NCBI RefSeq assembly: GCF_006345805.1
Contig: NC_043015.1
Coordinates: 2,604,001-2,668,000, forward strand
Origin: Octopus sinensis
Lineage: Eukaryota
Direction: 5' to 3'
Length of the DNA stretch: 64,000 nucleotides
Part shown: piece by piece, positions 39,560 through 53,690 of the stretch
Numbering within the stretch: the first letter of the stretch is position 1
Layout: every line of letters starts with the position of its first letter
Translations under genes and position numbers: made by a program
Notes under the pieces: model-generated
Told to the model about the DNA's origin: nothing
Databases searched by the model: none
What the model saw: the letters and a program-made list of their open reading frames with translations, nothing else

Positions 39560-40070
39560 AGAAAGAACGTACTAGATCACTTCCGCAGTTTACAGCAGTG
39601 TTTGAAAGGAAGGTGTGTAGCGTGTGATCAGCGAAATTTGAAAAGAAAATTTGTATCGAATTTCGCTCAAAGCTTGATAATAACTGATCAGAGTGCTCAG
39701 AGTCCAATGCAATATTTTCAAAAATACTTCCTTGTTCTCAACTGAAAACCGAGTGTCTTGTTACGGACCCGCCATTCTTACCCAAATCTTCAGTAATGAT
39801 GTGCTGAACACAACCATAACTAATCTGTACTTACTCTGATAACTTACGCATGGTGATTCGACGATGTTCCCTCACTGCTACACGCATATCTGCGATAGAT
39901 TTCTCAGTTCTGCTGTTTGCTGGACTTCCAGAACCTTCGTCAAAATCGACATTTTTTTCTACCAACTTGCGTGGTTAATACACTCCTCTCCAAACATGTT
40001 CTGCAACTTGAGCAGGTATCTTGGTCACACTCTACGATCACGCCCTCCTTTAAAGCACTACTGTAAAGAG
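39560..40070 (-). mobile_element. Mariner transposase N-terminal (HTH) remnant in a fold-back configuration
   Basis: Minus strand: NVDFDEGSGSPANSRTEKSIADMRVAVREHRRITMRKLSE*VQISYGCVQHIITEDLG; inverted 5'-region copies at 39589-39629 and 40023-40067. Confidence 0.85.
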
Positions 40071-40196
40071 TATATGTATTTCTATTCTTTTATTCTTTTA
40101 CTTGTTTCTTTTGACTACGGCCAAGCTGCAGTACCGTCTTTATTGATTGACGATTTAATGTCTGTTTTATTATCGCACACACACACACACACACAT

Positions 40197-40254
<58 letters not shown>

Positions 40255-41354
40255 GCGGTGTTATATATATTCACACATATACTTACATACATGCATATAT
40301 ACATTCATACATACATATGTGTACGTGTATGTATATATATATATATATACATATGTGTTTATTTATGTCTATGCATATATGTGTTAGTGAGTTTCTTTGC
40401 GAGTGGATAAACAATCACACACACAGTTGTCGGTTATGATGCGCTCTTAAGTGTTAGTCATCCATATGAAAGGTGAAAGACATATGCCTTAGGAACCCAA
40501 ACGTTCCACCAAAATCTATATTCCCCACGGTTGTTAATAAGATAAATATTACGTTTGGATAAGATTGACATGGAATAAATTGAAATTCCAATAAAGCATT
40601 TAAAACATGGTGTATAATTTGAACAAAATTTATTCTGTTCTATATGTGATTGCATATCAGATTCGCGATTCTCTTTTCCTTTAGATGTAACGGAAGCGTT
40701 GTAACTATCGATATCCGAAAAAAAAAAAACATTATAACATGCTTGCATCAATACAAACATTTAATCTTGCAGTTAAGTATATGGTAATAAAACAGCATTC
40801 AGACACGGAGACAGACATGAAGATATTTCATTCTGGATGCACGACCCCAAACAACCTTTCCCAAACGTCCTGCTTGATGTTTCCGAAAAACCGTTGTGAT
40901 ATGATGAGATTTGGAATGAATAATAACCTATTTGGATGTACAATTGTAGCAGGAAACGAAATAAAGCGTAAGGAGATACGAAAATGTATAAAGCTGCAGG
41001 AGAATGTAATGTAGGTTTCTGTAGCTCTATGTAATTTACTGTATGACTGACATGTAAAAACATAAAGAAATAGTTCAGTATATTCCAGCGTCTTAGAGTA
41101 AAATAAGAAGAAATCGGGTTTACGTTGGGGAAGAAGGAGAAACAGGCGAAAACAAAATATTGAAAGGAATTAAAAAAACAATAAGGTGCGAAGGGTGATG
41201 TGAACAATAATGAGTCAACCCATAGTCTGAAATTGCAATAGAGAAGCGAATAGTAAGTTTGGTGTAGAACTATAAATATCTAGTGAGAAAGTGACAAAAA
41301 TAGCAATAAGAAAGATGTTTATAACAAAGTCAATAACGGCGACGAGAGTAAATA

Positions 41355-41400
41355 GTATAATATTAATATTAATAATAATAATAACAATATTAATAATAAC

Positions 41401-41434
<34 letters not shown>

Positions 41435-41496
41435 GTAACAATAATAATAATAGTTACAATAATAATAATGATAATATTGATGATGATGATGATGAT

Positions 41497-41541
<45 letters not shown>

Positions 41542-41565
41542 CTGATGCTGATGATGATGATAATG

Positions 41566-41604
<39 letters not shown>

Positions 41605-41605
41605 G
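41355..41605. repeat. (AAT)n-(GAT)n-(AAT)n compound microsatellite
   Basis: Direct observation. Confidence 0.95.
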
Positions 41606-41699
41606 CAGTGGATACTGATAACGTATATATGATCAATGGAGAGATAGAGGATTGTTTCAACTCTCGGAATAGAGATTATATGATCAAGCTAGAGGAATG

Positions 41700-43380
41700 C
41701 GAAAAACAAATTGCTACACAGAAGTAGAACTCGAAGCTATCAAAAGACGGGCATTAGAAAATAGCAGCAGAGGAAACGATGAAAGTAAAGTTATTAGTAA
41801 TAAAAAAATCTCATAGTAGAAAGTAGAAGTGAGATCTCTAATAAACCACTGGAAAGAAACAGTGATAGCTTGTTCAATGAGAGACATAGAGATAGTCTTG
41901 AAGAAGACAATAGAACTAATGGTGACGTGACAGTTGGGAAAAAAGGTGATCTACGTCAGATAGAGGCAACACTACAGGAGAACGATTGTGACATTATTTG
42001 CAACCTTATAGAGATTGATCGGTGGAGACTGAACCTAGAAACGAAAACTGTGTAGGAAATTTGGAAACACCTCAGAACAATAAAATATGACAGTAATATA
42101 TATTATGATAAAGGAAACAAGTATTTTAGCAAGAAATGTGGGCGTTATTGGTGTGAAGAAAAGGAAATAGGATGGGAGTAGCAAAATAAAAGATCCATGA
42201 TGGAAAAGAAGAATAAAGGCGGGGGTTAGATATGCTCTCCAAAGACATGTCTGAGTTAGACTGAAAATGTTAGGGTGTGCTTAAATGCGGACAACCATTA
42301 TGTCAATATCATACTACCTGCTCAGTATGGTATTGACAGAAAGGGTCGAAAGTGGTAATGGAGGAACTGAAACACCGCCTCGCTGCCAAGAACGCATAAA
42401 ATAAAGAGATACCAGCAGAATAGTTTATTCAGTATAGATCAAAATATATTGTGTAAAGAAATAAATAGAGTATAGAGATGAAAAGTTGATACTAGGTAAC
42501 ATTGGAAGTCAAATGTTTTGAAGTCACATCTACAGCTAAGAGAAGGAGACAAGAAGGATGCTGAATTGTTGCAAGAACTTAAACAAATAGTATTCCGTCC
42601 AAAACAGGCCGAACTATTCATTTCAGTTAGGGAAGGGAAGAAAAGCAACAAAAACATGGGTAAATGGAAGGTCCTGTGACAAAATGCTGTTCAAGGCTAT
42701 ATGATCAAAAATTTGGTGAATTTGAAGAACGAATATCTGTGCAACTCAACACCTTCTTTAATACCAATCAAGTAACAAAAAAGTGGTGCACAATGGGTAG
42801 GTCACTGCTGTGCTTGAAAGCATAGAATAAAGCAATACGGTAGACGTTCACAGGCCGATATCCTGCTTGCACGTTAAGGAAAAAATATTGACTGGAATAG
42901 TCGCAATGTAGAGTCAATGTACGGACAACTGGATAAAAATGAAGTCCTGCCACATGAGCAGAAGGTGTGCAAGCGTAAATGTAGTAGTACTAAGTATCAA
43001 CTTCTGGTAGAGAAAATTGTACTTAACTCAGGCGAGTCATGGATTGATTATCATAAGGTATACGATGTGATCCACATTCATAGATTATGGAATGTATTAA
43101 CATATTTCCTATTACATCGGATGTTAATCGATTGTTTAGAAACAGTATGGCGAAGTGTAGGGTGGATCTAACAGCATATGGAAGAGATTTTGGGACAACA
43201 GAAGTGAGGAGAAATATAGGCCGTTTGACCCACTAAAGTTTGTATTGTGCATGATACCACCAACATTGATTCTGAGTAAAGCAAATACTGGGGATGTTTC
43301 AAGAGTCGCCAAGAAAACGTCAACGACTTGTTATGCATGAATGACATCAAACTTTATGGTAAAGATGAATTGCTAATGTG
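41700..43380 (+). mobile_element. R4/Dong-like non-LTR retrotransposon, decayed N-terminal and RT region
   Basis: Frameshifted motifs ELEAIKRR, KDP*WKRRIK, VQGYMIKNL, RPISCL, SWIDYHKVYDV and NVNDLLCMNDIKLYGKDE (compare PxWKRRI, YRPITCL, AWIDYKKAYDSV, INHLLYMDDIKLY). Confidence 0.85.
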
Positions 43381-43542
43381 TTTAACTATATTTTTAAACC
43401 CTACGGGGGAATGGCGCTGACACCTGTTAACATAATTAAGTTTATCGCTGGGATTCGTATAATGTTTATAAATACGTATCGGTAAGTATGTGTGTGTTTC
43501 AAGTGAAGGTGGATGTGTATATACATAGAGGCGCCTGTATAT

Positions 43543-43584
<42 letters not shown>

Positions 43585-44634
43585 CATGTTTTAACCTATA
43601 AACTCATACGCAAACTCTCACATATATACACACCAAAATATATATACGTATACCTGTCTGCTGATACTTGCACATACATGCACATAAATACCTATATACA
43701 AACATAGCCACGCATACACGAAGCAGATATGTTCCCTGGTATATATAGTACTGTGCCATACGTTATTGCCGTGTGTAACTTTGCATGTATCACCTTGTCT
43801 GTAGTTTAATCACCGCCTGATTTAATAAGTACTATCTTTCTTAAGAGCTTGTTTAAATCTTAGTTTGTGGCTTCTAGTGAAAGAACTTTATCCTGTGATC
43901 TCGTTTGTCATTTATTTATGCGTGTAAACTAGATACTTTGGTCAACGTGCAGAAGTTGGACAACATCATTCGGGCAGTAACTAAAATGACCCATCGTTAA
44001 CACATCGTTTGAGATTGATTCTACTAGATGGTTTTATGAAATGTAGTCTTGTTTCTTTACCCATTAATATTTTAACCGCTATATTGTGGTGCGGTTGATT
44101 ATGACTAAAATCCATTGAAGCATTCCTACTATTTGAAAGCACGACACAAAATATTGAAGACGACGTTGTCACTCATAAAAAGAAGGAACCTACATATTTT
44201 CGTTTGTTCCTGAATTGACTTCTTTAGTCATTTAGCCATTTTAAAATTCAGCAATGAGTAATTTTTAAGTAATGCTAGGTGTTATTCTTTTATTGACTCA
44301 TACCAAAATACTTTTGCTGTATCGCGTCTTGCATATTATGTTAGCTTATAACAAACATAGTCTACATCATAATAGTATTGGCTTTTTATTTGTATGATAG
44401 ATTGACTCGATGTCTACTTATATTTTCCAATTAATATTTAATACTCTGGAGTTAATAATCTTGTTAATTATAATCTGTTTTGTGCGATATCTCAGATGCC
44501 GCATTATCAGACAATGTAATATTTACCTTTGAGTAACAGTTAGAAACAAGGACCCAGCTGCTAGTTGCTATATGAATCATAAAGTTACCAAACACATTTA
44601 AAATGCATGTCATACTTAAAATTATATGTTTAGA

Positions 44635-44945
44635 AGGAGACATAACTGTGTGATTAGGAAACTGGCTTTGAAACCAAATGGTCCCGGGTTCACTCTTAGA
44701 CAAGTGCCAAATACTGAAGCCTTTGCCGACAAATGACTTCTTAGATAATGATGACGATGGAAGCTGTGGTGAAGAAAGTTGTACATACTTACATAGTTGG
44801 AATTTACAAAAAAACAAAACGCGGGGAAATAAACGGTGTGTAAATAAAAAGCAGGTGTATTCATTTACCGCACGGGAATGTGAGAAAGTCATTTATGTTT
44901 CCAGCCCACGCTCTTCAAGAGAAAGCAACACGATAAAATAAACAA
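44635..44945 (+). mobile_element. Decayed SINE related to family A
   Basis: tRNA-like head ctgtgtgattaggaaactggctttgaaaccaaatggtcccgggttcactc. Confidence 0.45.
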
Positions 44946-45774
44946 AGAGAGAATAAAAGCAAGCTTTAGTGCTTATCAGTCAACGCAAGCACGCGCGCGC
45001 GTGTGTGTGTGTGTAACTGTATAAAGCGTGTGTGTAACTGTATAAAGCGTTAGGTGTGGTGTACAAATGTTGAATATTGATAAAAAAGGTGGCGAGAGGT
45101 TTTGAAAAAATCTTGTTTACTTATTAATAATAGCGCTTTCGTTCGTTTCTTGAACTTGTTAAACTGACTTCTATTTGACAAGTTCGAGACACATAGAAAA
45201 ATATGGACGCGCACGCGTGTGTGTAACTGTGATTAAAATACTATGTTTTACTATAGATTCTTGTGACACAGGAAAAAGTCTCCAAGCTGATCACTGTGTT
45301 TAGTTATTCATATCGATTAAGCAATCTTGACTAGGATGGTAATGTAAAGTAATGGATATAGCAGAATCGGTGTGTTTTGGGTATCGAACATGGAACAGTT
45401 GAAATGAATATATAAATGACATGGATAAAGTTGGAGAGGCAAATATGTTTTATATTCATTGAATGCTTATATTCATTGACCTGTCGGAGAAGTGTTAATC
45501 TTTTGATGTGTTTAGACGAATTAAAAGAAAGATGTGTGGGAGTGTGTGTGTGTGTGTGTGAATGACATTGGTGACAGGGAGACATGGACATAAACGTACC
45601 TGCTTTTTAACCCCACGACAAGTCCAGATATTAGACACTCAAAGGGCTTAGCCATTATTGAACATATCTTGCGTACGAAGTGCCATGTTAGAAAATAGGT
45701 TATGAAATTATCCCGAAAAGAATAGAATGGTCCTCGGATTAGCCAATGCAGTAAAGGTGGCAGAGTTTATGTCC

Positions 45775-45808
<34 letters not shown>

Positions 45809-46099
45809 TCTTTATTTACATTAGAAATCAATATTAACTGAGTACACATTCATTATACTCTCGTCAATATTAGTTATGAGTAATATTAATATTCACTATT
45901 TCATATTCATTACCATCAATATTCATTTTATGTTATCACATTCCATTTATTGGATCTTAAACAAAGATGCATTCATATACACTGATAAAAATCACGCATA
46001 TACACAAACTGAAAAGCTCTGACTAACATACTACTAAGAACGTGAGTATGCGTATCTGAGACGGAAACAAACACATGCACTCACAATTTTATGCACTCA

Positions 46100-46140
<41 letters not shown>

Positions 46141-46297
46141 GAGAGAGAGAGAGGGAGGAGAGAGAGAGAGATACATACATATATAGATATATATATATGC
46201 ATACGTATACTTGCAGATGCATATATACATATATATAATATATATATATATATACACGTATACACGCACATATATTTATGCATATATGCACACACAC

Positions 46298-46349
<52 letters not shown>

Positions 46350-46732
46350 TTATATATATATATATAATATATATATATATTATATATACATATATACATA
46401 TATTTATATATATAAATTTATAGAGCACATTCCTCATATCCCTACTCAAACACACAAAGACTCACATACACATGTATCAATATATTTCAATCTATTTAAA
46501 TAGTCTTTTCGACGAAAATTTCCCGCTGCACCTATCAATTGAAATATGTGCTGCGATGTAGATATGTATGCATTATCAACATATATATAGCCGTAGGTGT
46601 CTTCTGCTCTCTTGAAATACACAGAAGCGCACGCACAAACACACATAGATAAATAAGCATACAAACACAGACATGCACATTCACACACACATATAAAATA
46701 ACGTATGATATAAATTATTATGCTATAAACAT

Positions 46733-46768
<36 letters not shown>

Positions 46769-47734
46769 AGTATGTGCTTGTCTCTGTATATATGACTGGG
46801 CAAAAATATAAAGATGAATAGCAGAACGTATGAACAATTACATCTTGTAACCGTCTTATCTTTCTTGTGTAATTTTATATTTCTTTCAGCTTTTCTAACA
46901 TTCTGGATATTGAATGTATGAAGCCTTTCAACTATGAACAGTTCGTGTTAGGATGAATAGCGTTGATGGAAAACAATATATAGAATGTATTTCTTTATCA
47001 GTGCTTTAACCCAATAGAAATTTCCAAAGTGAGAAACCTCGGAAAGATACGCAAGCCATTTATTCTAAAGTTAAACTTTTAAACTTTTATATTCCATTGA
47101 CAAAAATATTCATACATATCTGCATTTAATTCCATTTATTTTGTTCTCAATATTTTGTGTCTGTTTTTTGTCAATGGAGTCTATTTTCTCTCCCTGATAC
47201 ACTCGCATATGTATTTGTATTAGTGTGACAGTCTGTGTATGTACGTGTGGATATATGTATATGTGTATGTATATGAAGAAATCTTTGTTAAAAACATACT
47301 GAAACACTGTGGGTCAAAGCATATCTCCGGCTTATGTGAACTTAAGTACATGTTACCGAAATAATTACTTTGAATATATTCATATTTTTTATGCCTTGTC
47401 TGCTTCAGTATATTTTAAAGAATATATGATTTGATAAGCACTTTGATGAAAAATATATTTTTTCATTGCGCTCTTAAATTGAAGAATTTATTCTGATCTA
47501 AATACGCTTTATAAAATGAAGGAACACAGTCTGTTTCTGATCAATCCTTGCATCAAACACTTATTTCTTTAGGGAACTATTATAGGACTATTAGGCTTTC
47601 AAAAATTGAGTAATGATACGAAAAACTAAGTACCTCTTATCCTTGGGTCAGTGTTTGTTTACAACAAATACATAAATGAGCTTGTATGCATGTTCGATCT
47701 TCAAAGGACCGCAGACAAATTTTCCCCAAACGTG

Positions 47735-47852
47735 GACCAACGTGAAATGAAATGTTTTGCTCAAGAACACTACGCGTCGCCCGTTAGAGGAATCGAAACC
47801 ACGATCTTTCGATCACGATGCTGACACTCTAACCAGTGCGCCACTCGCCTCC
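47735..47852 (-). mobile_element. SINE family B-like head
   Basis: caacgtgaaatgaaatgttttgctcaagaacac...gaatcgaaacc...taaccagtgcgccactcgcctcc. Confidence 0.7.
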
Positions 47853-48064
47853 ACCTCTTATTCATTACTGTACCATAAACTTTTAACGAGAGTTTCTGTT
47901 AAAAATAAAACTGAAACGAAATTTATTTAGTTACGTAAAATGATTTTGAAACATTCCGTTAACATTTGTTTATATTGTGTTTTTTCACATATTTATATAT
48001 ATACAGTTTTCTGTTTTTCCTTATATATTAATCTTTCATCGTCCTTCGACAATTCCCATCTCGC

Positions 48065-48480
48065 TCTCGGGAGACTTTAAAAAAATTATACCTCTACTCC
48101 CAAGGCAGAAGTCGTTAAAGATATGCCGTGATATACACATGGAAGATCCTGGAAGGTCTACCTCCGAAATGTGGTGCATACTACCAAAGTTTTCGAGGTT
48201 TCCATCTCGAATAACGAACCAGTATTGTAACAGCTTGTGTTTCAAGGAACCAGAACTGTTCAAAATCTACAAAACAACCTATGAGATTTGCGTGGAGTAG
48301 ATGTACATTCTTAAGTGATCAGCGCTGGAGAAATTGAATCGTATTGTAGAAAGAGAGACATAGAAGAGCAGCAACGTCCTCGTCGTTACTTTACCAATAG
48401 CAGTACATAAAAGAAATCCAAATACACCGAAAGGCGGTGTTCCAGTATTCCCCAGCTTCTGGTTGAAGTAAGTAAAAGAA
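48065..48480 (+). mobile_element. CR1/L2-group LINE 3' end, decayed, with a tail shared with SINE A
   Basis: KKLYLYSQGRSR*RYAVIYTWKILEGLPP and CNSLCFKEPELF (compare LYSLERRRERYxIIYxWKILEGLVPN, GPxLFN); tail AAGGCGGTGTTCCAGTAT...TGAAGTAAGTAAAAG. Confidence 0.8.
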
Positions 48481-49534
48481 CACACACACACGTGCACACA
48501 GACATATAACTTACATTCACATACATTGACGTAGGGATAGACAGAGTGAACAAAATAAGTAGAAGGTTGATATTAAGCTATTTGGGGATTTATATATACA
48601 CAGACTGTGTTATATCATTTGCCTGCTATTTTATTAATTACAATAAATATTACTACATTTTCTAATATGAGTAATGCAAAATTACTATTTCTCATTTTAG
48701 CATAAATGAATAACATACATTTTACCTCAATGCCACAAAGGTCAGAGAAAATTGCAGTAAGCAATCTCTAAAATGGAAATAATTTCTTCTAGGTCTAAAG
48801 ATCAGATATGGTATAAAAGTGAACAATTAGTATAAATTGACTCTTGATTAGTATTTTATATTTCAAATCAAAATTTTGCAAAGAACATTGAACTTGATCA
48901 ATCTATCATTAAAATTATTAATCACTTCTTCCTGCTGTGTGTGTGCTATATTTTTTCTTTAAATATATTAGGAAGACGGTCCATAAGTAATCACTTGAGC
49001 GTGAAAATAATTATCAGATGTTTCAAACATAAAAGTGTATAAAACTATAATATGAATTGTAAGCATCGATTTTTGATAGTTTAACACGCTGCTATACATG
49101 TACACGAAGAGTGTAGTGTATATTGGAGTCGCCATGAGTGTTAATTATTTTAGAGGTAATTTTGACGTTGTTCTGTTCTTCTTCATCCACTTCTTTTTGA
49201 GGAATGGATTCGTAATAATACTATGAGGCTTCGAGATTGTAGAATCGTTAAGGCTTTTGAAAAATGTGGAGATTTAAGTCACTGCGCTAATTTCTTTCTG
49301 AGTTCAAATATCATCCATGACAATATTGCTTTTCGTCAATTCTAGAGAGGTATATAAAGTATCATTCAATTACTGGTTGGCGATAACATTTACTCATTCC
49401 TAATCTAATGTACTTTATTGGGCAAAAAATATTTACTATTCATATAATTTTCAGTGGATATGTTGATAGAGCAATTATTCATAAGAGAGTATTATACAAA
49501 GGAAATTTGACAACCTCATCAGGGATAACATATA

Positions 49535-50141
49535 TAAGTTTCTATTCTAGGCACAGGACCTGGAATTTTGGGAGTGGGGGCTAGTCGGTTAGATCATCAC
49601 CAGTACGTAGCTGGTACTTAATTTATCGACCCCACAATGGATGAATGGCAAAGTCGACCTCGGCGGAATTTGAAGTCAGACCATAACGGCAGACGAAATA
49701 CCGGTAAGCACGCCAAGCGTGCTAACGTTTCTTATTTCTTTCTTGTCCACAAGAGGGTTAAACATAGAGGGGATAAACAATGGCTGACACAGGGATTAAA
49801 TCGATTACATCGACCCTGCTACTAAACTTATCGACCCCGAAAGGATGGAAGGCAGAGTCGACCTCGGCGGAATTAGAACTCGGAACGTAACGGCAGACGA
49901 ACTACCTATTTCTTTACTATCCACAAGGAGCTAAACACAGCGAGGGACAAACAACGACAGACAAACCAATTAAGTCGATTATATCGACCCCAGTGCGTAA
50001 CTGGTACTTAATTTAATCGACCCCGAAAGGATGAAAGGCAAAAACGGCCTCGGCGGAATTTGAAATCAGAACGTAACGGCAGACGAAGTAAGGCTACGCA
50101 TTTCGTCCGGCGTGCTAACGTTTCTGCCAGCTCACCGCCTT
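49535..50141 (-). mobile_element. SINE family C multimer/cluster
   Basis: Head ends at 50141; three repeated units each containing cgacccc..ggatg..ggca..cctcggcggaatt. Confidence 0.88.
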
Positions 50142-50834
50142 ATGGATAACAAACATTATGACAACATGTTTCACTTCGTACATTTTTCTGCGTATTTGCT
50201 ATTTTTGTATTGGATCATGTTTTAGTTCATTGGACATACACTGTATAATGTTTTGGTTTTTGAAAATTATTGAGACACATTGCTGATTCCACTAAACAAA
50301 ATTCTGACATATTTTATCTTCACCTCCTACGATTCCCTGCATGTTAGTTATCGCTATAGTATCTTCTATACAGATAACAATCTATGTTTAAGGAATGCTT
50401 AGAAAACTTACAACAGGTCTAGCAATGCATACACAAACCTAACATAATATTTAACACAATTTGATGATCTGAGCATTTAAATATGTGTAAAAATATCCAG
50501 CGAGTCCCATGGTGACGAAATAACAAAAATTAACCACTGATATACTATTCAGCTACACGCACATACATATATATGTACATATATATGTGTGCGTGTGTGT
50601 GTATGTATAGAATTAACAAACAAACCACTGCTTAGTTATTCCACCAATAGTTAAAAGATAGTATCTATAGTCAACACACAGAAACTAATTAAATATCTAA
50701 CAATTATTATTCTACAAACCTGTATATGCTCAGAACCACAAATTCTGTAATATATTGTGAATTTTGATTTAGTGTGCTAAAATGAAAGTGTTACACTGTT
50801 AGCTTGGAATTATTACATACGCTAACTATCAATA

Positions 50835-50887
<53 letters not shown>

Positions 50888-50888
<1 letters not shown>

Positions 50889-51086
50889 TCTTTACAACTT
50901 TTTGTTTCAGTCATTTGACTGTCGCCATGCTGGATCACCGCCTTTAGTCGAGCACATCGGCTCCAGACCTTATTATTTGTAAGCCTAGTACTTATTAAGT
51001 TACGTGGGCGTAAGCACACCAGCATCGGTTTTCAAGCGATGTTTGGGGGACAAACACAGACACAGAAACATACACACACACATACT

Positions 51087-51161
<75 letters not shown>

Positions 51162-51325
51162 ATTTATTTATACAACTGGCGTTTTTTAGTTTCCGTCTAT
51201 CAAAGCCACTCACAAGGATTTGGTTGGCCTGAGGGTAGAGTGGAAGACACTCGTCGAAGGTACAACGCAGTGGGACTGAAACCGGAACCATGTAGTTCGG
51301 AAGCAGACTACTTACCACTCCTACG

Positions 51326-51328
<3 letters not shown>
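50888..51328 (-). mobile_element. SINE family A, full-length, with internal (TA)n/(TG)n
   Basis: Head GGCGTAGGAGTGGTAAGTAG..GGTTCCGGTTTCAGTCCCACTGCG; internal microsatellite ~51066-51160; tail GGCGGTGATCCAGCATGGCGACAGTCAAATGACTGAAACAA. Confidence 0.88.
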
Positions 51329-51364
<36 letters not shown>

Positions 51365-51770
51365 TTATAAGCAGACAAATGATGTATGTGTGCAAATAAG
51401 TAGTTTAAAGTAAAGAGAAAACAAGGTGGAAATGAGCCCATGTCTCAATAGAGAATTATAGTAGTCTTTTCGATTGCAATTGAACGTGTAGAACAAACCT
51501 GATGGGTGACTTAAACTTAATAAAACGACATTATGTGTGTTGACAGTCAGAGATAGAAAGTGCTACGGAGGAACACAGAGATGCGATAAGAGAAATATTA
51601 GTTACGGCGCATTTAGATATTTATATATACAGATTTTATTAATATATATATATGAGTAAATTTAAAATCATGGAAATATACACAAACAAATCTGAAACGA
51701 AATCCGTTCCACATTGTGAAGCACGAGAATACATAATAATCTGTTTTTATGAGATGAGTTATATAAATGA

Positions 51771-52152
51771 CTAGCAGTATCGCCCGGCGTTGCTCGGGTT
51801 TGTAAGGGAAATAACTATAAAGCATTTTTAGTGAGTTATAGCCCAAAAATAGCAAAAAAATGAAAAGAAAATGATGGTAATTTTTTTTTTAGTTAAAAAT
51901 GTCGAGTTGCGTCCCCTAGACAGTCTGTGGTTTGTGTTTCTGATCCTCGACCCCATGTCGAATTTATCGATTTTTTTCAGAACTGGGGGAACTTTTCAAA
52001 ATTTTCGCTGTGTTAGTTTTGCATTATGACATTGGGCTATGTGTGTGTCAAGTTTCATCAGAATCGGTTGATAGCCGTCGTCAGGGTGAGGGTACAACCT
52101 AACAGACACACAGACACTCAGACAGACAAACTACCGTTTATATGGAGAGAGA
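51771..52152 (-). mobile_element. Non-autonomous Helitron, complete
   Basis: Minus strand starts 5'-TC, ends with a GC-rich subterminal hairpin CCCGAGCAACGCCGGG then CTAG-3'; inserted between A and T with no TSD. Confidence 0.85.
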
Positions 52153-53077
52153 TTGGTTTCTTATTAACGTTCAATCAGCGATGCTTATATCATAAGAAAA
52201 AGCAACATACCGAAGAAAGTAATTGATACGTTACTCCCGTGATGATTCATGTAGTTCTTTTCTCATAAGTTATTCCTCATATATGAGAATACAAGATATA
52301 TAACTTTATATCCGATTAGTCAAATATGCCTTGTTTATACAGAAAAAAATATAGAAAGAAAGCTAACTGGTACTATGTGGAAAGCAAATTATTTTAGGGA
52401 AAAAAGCTCTGTATTCTTGGTTTCGCATAGCATAAAATCCTGGCTGGCGTATTGTGGAAGTACGTGGAAGTACGTATATTTCTACATAACAAATCATTGA
52501 GATTTACGGAATATTAATTAGATTCTTTCGACGACAGATTATCACATCTCTATTCATAATTACTGAACGTCTATGAAAAAATATCAGCTAAACTCCAGGT
52601 AACAATATATAAAAAAAATGAAATACGTAGAGCAAATGATTGGCTTTTTTATAGTCATTTATATTCAAGCTGCATAATTTTAAAATATTTTCTCAATATT
52701 ACTTTGAAGCAAGTACCGTAAAACAAAGTTTAATATTCTTTTCGACAGCATCGCTACAGGGATGGGTTATTTAAAAATGTAAACAAGAAAGAACCGATTG
52801 ACTCACGAATTTACACACTTCGCTTCACTACATAGCACACATCGATATTGAAATAGAATAAACAAAAGTATTAGACGAGACGATTCTGTATTTGTGCGTG
52901 CATTCACGCACACAGGCATATAGACCTTTATTAAGTGCTGAATATGTCCTGGCTTTTGGTAAAAGGAAATAGAGGAAAAATACAGGGGGATCAGTTACTT
53001 TTGATTTTAATCAACACATTCCCTGATTATAGGTACGCACACCATATTTGATGTACATATGTGTTTACAATATGCCA

Positions 53078-53104
53078 ATAATAATAATAATAATAATAAT
53101 GATA

Positions 53105-53180
<76 letters not shown>
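53078..53180. repeat. (AAT)n microsatellite
   Basis: Direct observation. Confidence 0.95.
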
Positions 53181-53181
<1 letters not shown>

Positions 53182-53623
53182 CACATACGTGACTTACTAA
53201 AGAACACCCAGTGGTTCTTACCAGTTTGCCAAAATATGATGGCTACCAATGGGAAACAAATTCGTCCCCATGAAAAGATGACCATCTCCTTGTTTCAAAT
53301 GTGTTTCCAATGCCACTAAACCTATTAAGATAATACTGTTTTGTGACGTTGTATAACTGCGAATGTGATACACAAATACAAGTATTCAATATAGAATTAT
53401 ATGATAAATTAATCAATAGCAGAATAGTAGATATGTGATGCCTTACAAAGGCACTCAGACACACACAACCACAGACTCACACAGACACGGACAGAGGCAC
53501 ATATGCACACACTTACACACGCACACACATTCATGTATATATAATTATATGTATCTGTATACTTAGTTAAGTGTGTAATTATATATACTCACTAAAAAAC
53601 ACACCCGCAAAACACACACATGC

Positions 53624-53690
<67 letters not shown>

